In this document: one piece after another, positions 60,870-64,000 of the stretch
How positions within the stretch are numbered: the first letter of the stretch is position 1
Layout: each line of letters begins with the position of its first letter
Origin: Basidiobolus meristosporus CBS 931.73
Lineage: Eukaryota; Fungi; Basidiobolomycota
Direction of reading: 5' to 3'
Assembly: GCA_002104905.1 (NCBI GenBank)
Contig: MCFE01000438.1
Coordinates: 1-64,000 of the forward strand
DNA length: 64,000 nt
Translations under genes and position numbers: made by a program
Notes under the pieces: generated by a model
The model's input: only the letters and a program-made list of their open reading frames with translations
What the model was told of the DNA's origin: nothing
The model's database searches: none

Positions 60870-63800
60870 CAAAAAAGTACTCTAGGCACCAGAAATAGCT
60901 AAGAACCCACTATCTGTGTAGCAAAACCATAGCAGAAGGACTTAGTTTCTGCTTTGACAATTCTGAATGCAGGATCACTGATTGAAATGGTGCACATATT
61001 GCTTTAAGTATCACAGATCAGAGTTTTTATACGTTAATTTATATTCCTGTCATATCTGGCAGCCAATATAAGTGACTTAAAACAAGAAACTCAAATGCTT
61101 TGGCACAGGAGATTTGGACACATTAATTTTGATTATTTGCGCAAAATGATTAAAGATCAGCTAGTTTCTGGAGTAAAAATTGATCCCCCGCTAATGTGGG
61201 GCACTGTGAATCCTGTTTTAAAAATTGTAATTCCAACTAAATAATCACCTATCTTAGTCACTTAGATCCTTACCTTCAAATCCTAGAGAATACTGACCAA
61301 ATTCCTTGTTGGGATTTACTTGGAGTATTTTCTCCAAAATACCAGGTACCCAGAACATGAAAATTCTCAAGGTTGTCCGAACAGCCCCAAACTTTGCACA
61401 CATGCTCTTGGGCCTATCCTTGACCTGTTCTACATGTTTTCAATGCCAAGACCATGTAAAATAAATATATACTACTTTTACATTCAATAAATCATTAAGT
61501 GAAAACCACATAATCTACTTGTTCTCCAAATCACTTCCAATATCTCCAAGACTCTTACAACAAATCCTGAATATAGGAAGCAAGCCAGATAGCTGTTCAA
61601 GAGCTCTGGGCTAATCAAAACTGAGAAAAAATTTGATCTAATTTGCTCAGGTCTGTGTGGACCTTTGCCAAATTGATCCTCAGGTGGGATCAAGTATTCT
61701 ATCACTTTTGCTGATAATTTTACAAGATAGACATGGGTCTACTTTATGGAGAGAGGAAGAAGCTTTACCCAGCTACCTACCAGTCATGTTCGGCTGCCAA
61801 GAAAATGAATCTGAGACGAAAATTCTTAACTATAAAGATGCTGCCAGGAGAAGAAATGAAAAATCTAATTAACACAATTACCCTGCTGGTAGATGAGATG
61901 GAATCTGTGGGTGTACCAACTAATGATGAGGATGTGATTGTTACCATCCTGAATAGCCTGACAGACAAGTCTCAGGGCCTTGTATCAGCCCTTGGGTCCA
62001 AAACTGAAGATTCGAACTTAAATTATGTATATGGAAGGCTTTTGGATGAAGGATTAAGAAAATCAAGTGCCAATATGAAGGAAGAAGAAAATACTTTGAT
62101 AAGCAATGATAACCAATATACAAGGTACCCAAGACCCTACAAAGGCAACAGCAACCTGTTTTGTAACTACTGCAAAAGGAAAGGATACACATCAGACGGG
62201 TGCTTCAAAAAGAAAGATAGTCAGCAGAAAAAGCCTGAATATGGAAATGCTGCAAGAACTGATGATAGACTATTCATATCTGCACTAAATATGACCACAA
62301 ACAAGGATTCTCAGCCATGGTATATTGACTCTAGAGCATCTCAACACTTTACACACCAAAAGAACTTTTACCCAATATTAAGAAATTCCACTTAAGAAGG
62401 TTTTCATTGGTGACAATCGAACGCTTGATGCAGAGGGAGAAGGAACTATCCAAGTAAACCTAAGAAGCAGTGAAGGAAGCCATACACTGACCTTTATATT
62501 CATCATATTTGGAAGCCAATATAAGTAACTTAAATGAAGAAGCACCAATGCTTTGGCACAGGAGATTTGGGCACATCAATTTTGACTATTTGTGCAAATG
62601 TTACAAGTCTTGGTATAAGAGTTGTAGAGGAATAGGGAGTTTAGCTAGTATTGTATTCACTAAAACTTGGACTGATCTTTATTGAGGTTCCAGCAGCTCC
62701 TTATGTACATTTTGCCAGATCAATTGCTGACTAATTGTATTTCCTAATGTAGATTGTGACTGATGACTCATTTGATTGCATCATCATCACCCAATAAGAT
62801 CCTACTTAGTATATCTATTTCTGTCTGATAAGGATCTGCTGATTCATTTGCTGACTAATGCTACTGATTTGATAGATAATACTCATAACATTCTCCCCTA
62901 CTAAGGTTGAGAGGGTTCTCCTGAATCTCTTTTCTTGTGATACCAATATCTTGATGGTTCAGTATTATCAGCAAGTCTTGCAAACTTGAGTCTGTCCCTA
63001 TGCACTAAGTCTTTCCTAGACTATCATCCTAAGCCAGTCCAAGTATATCCAAGATATACCAAAGAAGTACCAAATTGAAGACTGTAAACTGGCAGCTGTC
63101 CTAAAGGAGACAAACCTTAACTTGGTCAAAACTCAACCAAATCAAGAGAGCTTGGTGCCATCTGAAAACCCTGGCTTTCCCTATCAATCTATGGTCAGAT
63201 ATCTGATGAATATCATGCTTAGAACACCTCCACATATCTCATATTTAGTGGGAGTTGTCAGCCAAAAAAATCAGAACTACGGATCTGATCATTTTGCAGC
63301 AGTTAAGCAGATTTATAGATACCTAAAAGGAGCTGCTGATATTTGCTTAAGATACACTTATAAGGATTCAGAGTAAGATCTTGTGGGATACTCTGATGCT
63401 GATTGGGGACAAAATTTGGAAGACAGAAGATCCACCACAGGATACACCTTTCTTTATTCTAAAGGAGCAATTTCATGGAATTCAAGAAAGCAACCAACTG
63501 CAGCACTTTCCACCACAGAGACAGTGTAGATGGCAGCCTGTGAATCTACAACAGATGCAATGTGGTTGAGAAAGCTTTCACAGATTTAGGCCCATGTCAA
63601 AAAACGCCTATGACTTTATTTCAAGATAGTTGAGAATGTATAGAACTAGGTAGAAATCCAACTTTTCATGCTAGAACTAATCAGATAGATATTTGACATC
63701 ATTTCATATGTGAAGCTATAGAAAATAACTTAGTTTGCTTAATTTACTGCCTTACAGATGAAATGATTGCAGACATATTTACCAAACCATTTACTAGAGA

Positions 63801-64000
63801 CTAGTTTGAATCTCTTAGGTCAAAATTAAGACTAGTCAGTATGAGCATTTAGCTGAGTGGGAGTGTTCTAAAAAGTTGTAATTCCATCTAAATACTCACC
63901 CAACTTAGTCACTTAGATTGTTGCCTTCAAATCCTAGAGAACACTGACCAGATTCCTTGTTGGGATTTACTTTGAATATTTTCACCAAAATACCAAGTAC
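60870..64000 (+). mobile_element. Rearranged Copia (LTR-A family) relics: pre-integrase/integrase, gag-protease (61733-62395), RT-RNase H (about 63000-63850), PPT 63855-63863, 3' LTR from 63864 off the window end
   Basis: LWHRRFGHINFD, HCESC, DLCGP, FADNF; gag LVDEMESVG..DEDVIVTILNSL with knuckle CNYCKRKGYTSDGC; WYIDSRASQHF; YQSMVRYLM, YSDADWG..RRSTTGY, IADIFTKP; GAGTGGGAG|TGTT. Confidence 0.9.
61214..61562 (+). mobile_element. Solo LTR-A (349 bp) inserted in a Copia pre-integrase HCESC motif
   Basis: TGTT..AACA termini; perfect 5-bp TSD AATCC. Confidence 0.92.

Noticed and set aside
1-64000. tRNA, rRNA or snRNA genes
   Set aside because: No cloverleaf, rRNA or U-snRNA signature recognised by eye; a covariance-model scan would be needed to exclude them.

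Overview
Fungal genomic DNA with spliceosomal introns of about 35-66 nt. Gene content and a CpG-depleted repeat landscape suggest an early-diverging, TE-bloated fungus, possibly Entomophthorales (inference only). The window has two compartments. (1) About 0.6-28.1 kb is mostly CpG-normal genic DNA. It holds a POT/PTR2 peptide transporter, a CHTOP/FoP-like RGG protein, an RSPRY1 orthologue, a secreted and probably GPI-anchored CE4 deacetylase, CDC27/APC3, an alpha-arrestin and a 1369-aa secreted Gly/Pro/Asn/Ser silk-like repeat protein. A patch of Copia LTR relics lies at about 5.6-6.8 kb. (2) About 28.1-64 kb is a nested, strongly CpG-depleted transposon cluster. It holds three copies of a two-ORF PHIS-type (DDE_Tnp_4) DNA transposon with AGACTTGTTCC TIRs and 3-bp ANT target duplications. 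One copy is nearly intact, with an almost CpG-free transposase ORF. It also holds several decayed CACTA/tnp2 elements, Copia elements (349-bp LTRs, half-tRNA-iMet-type PBS), Ty3 relics, and Ty3-type solo LTRs whose 4-bp target duplications are centred on CG. The strongest leads are the silk-like secreted protein, the ANT-targeting two-gene transposon with its CpG-purged transposase, and CpG-centred LTR integration. All alignments and counts were done by eye; no database search was run.
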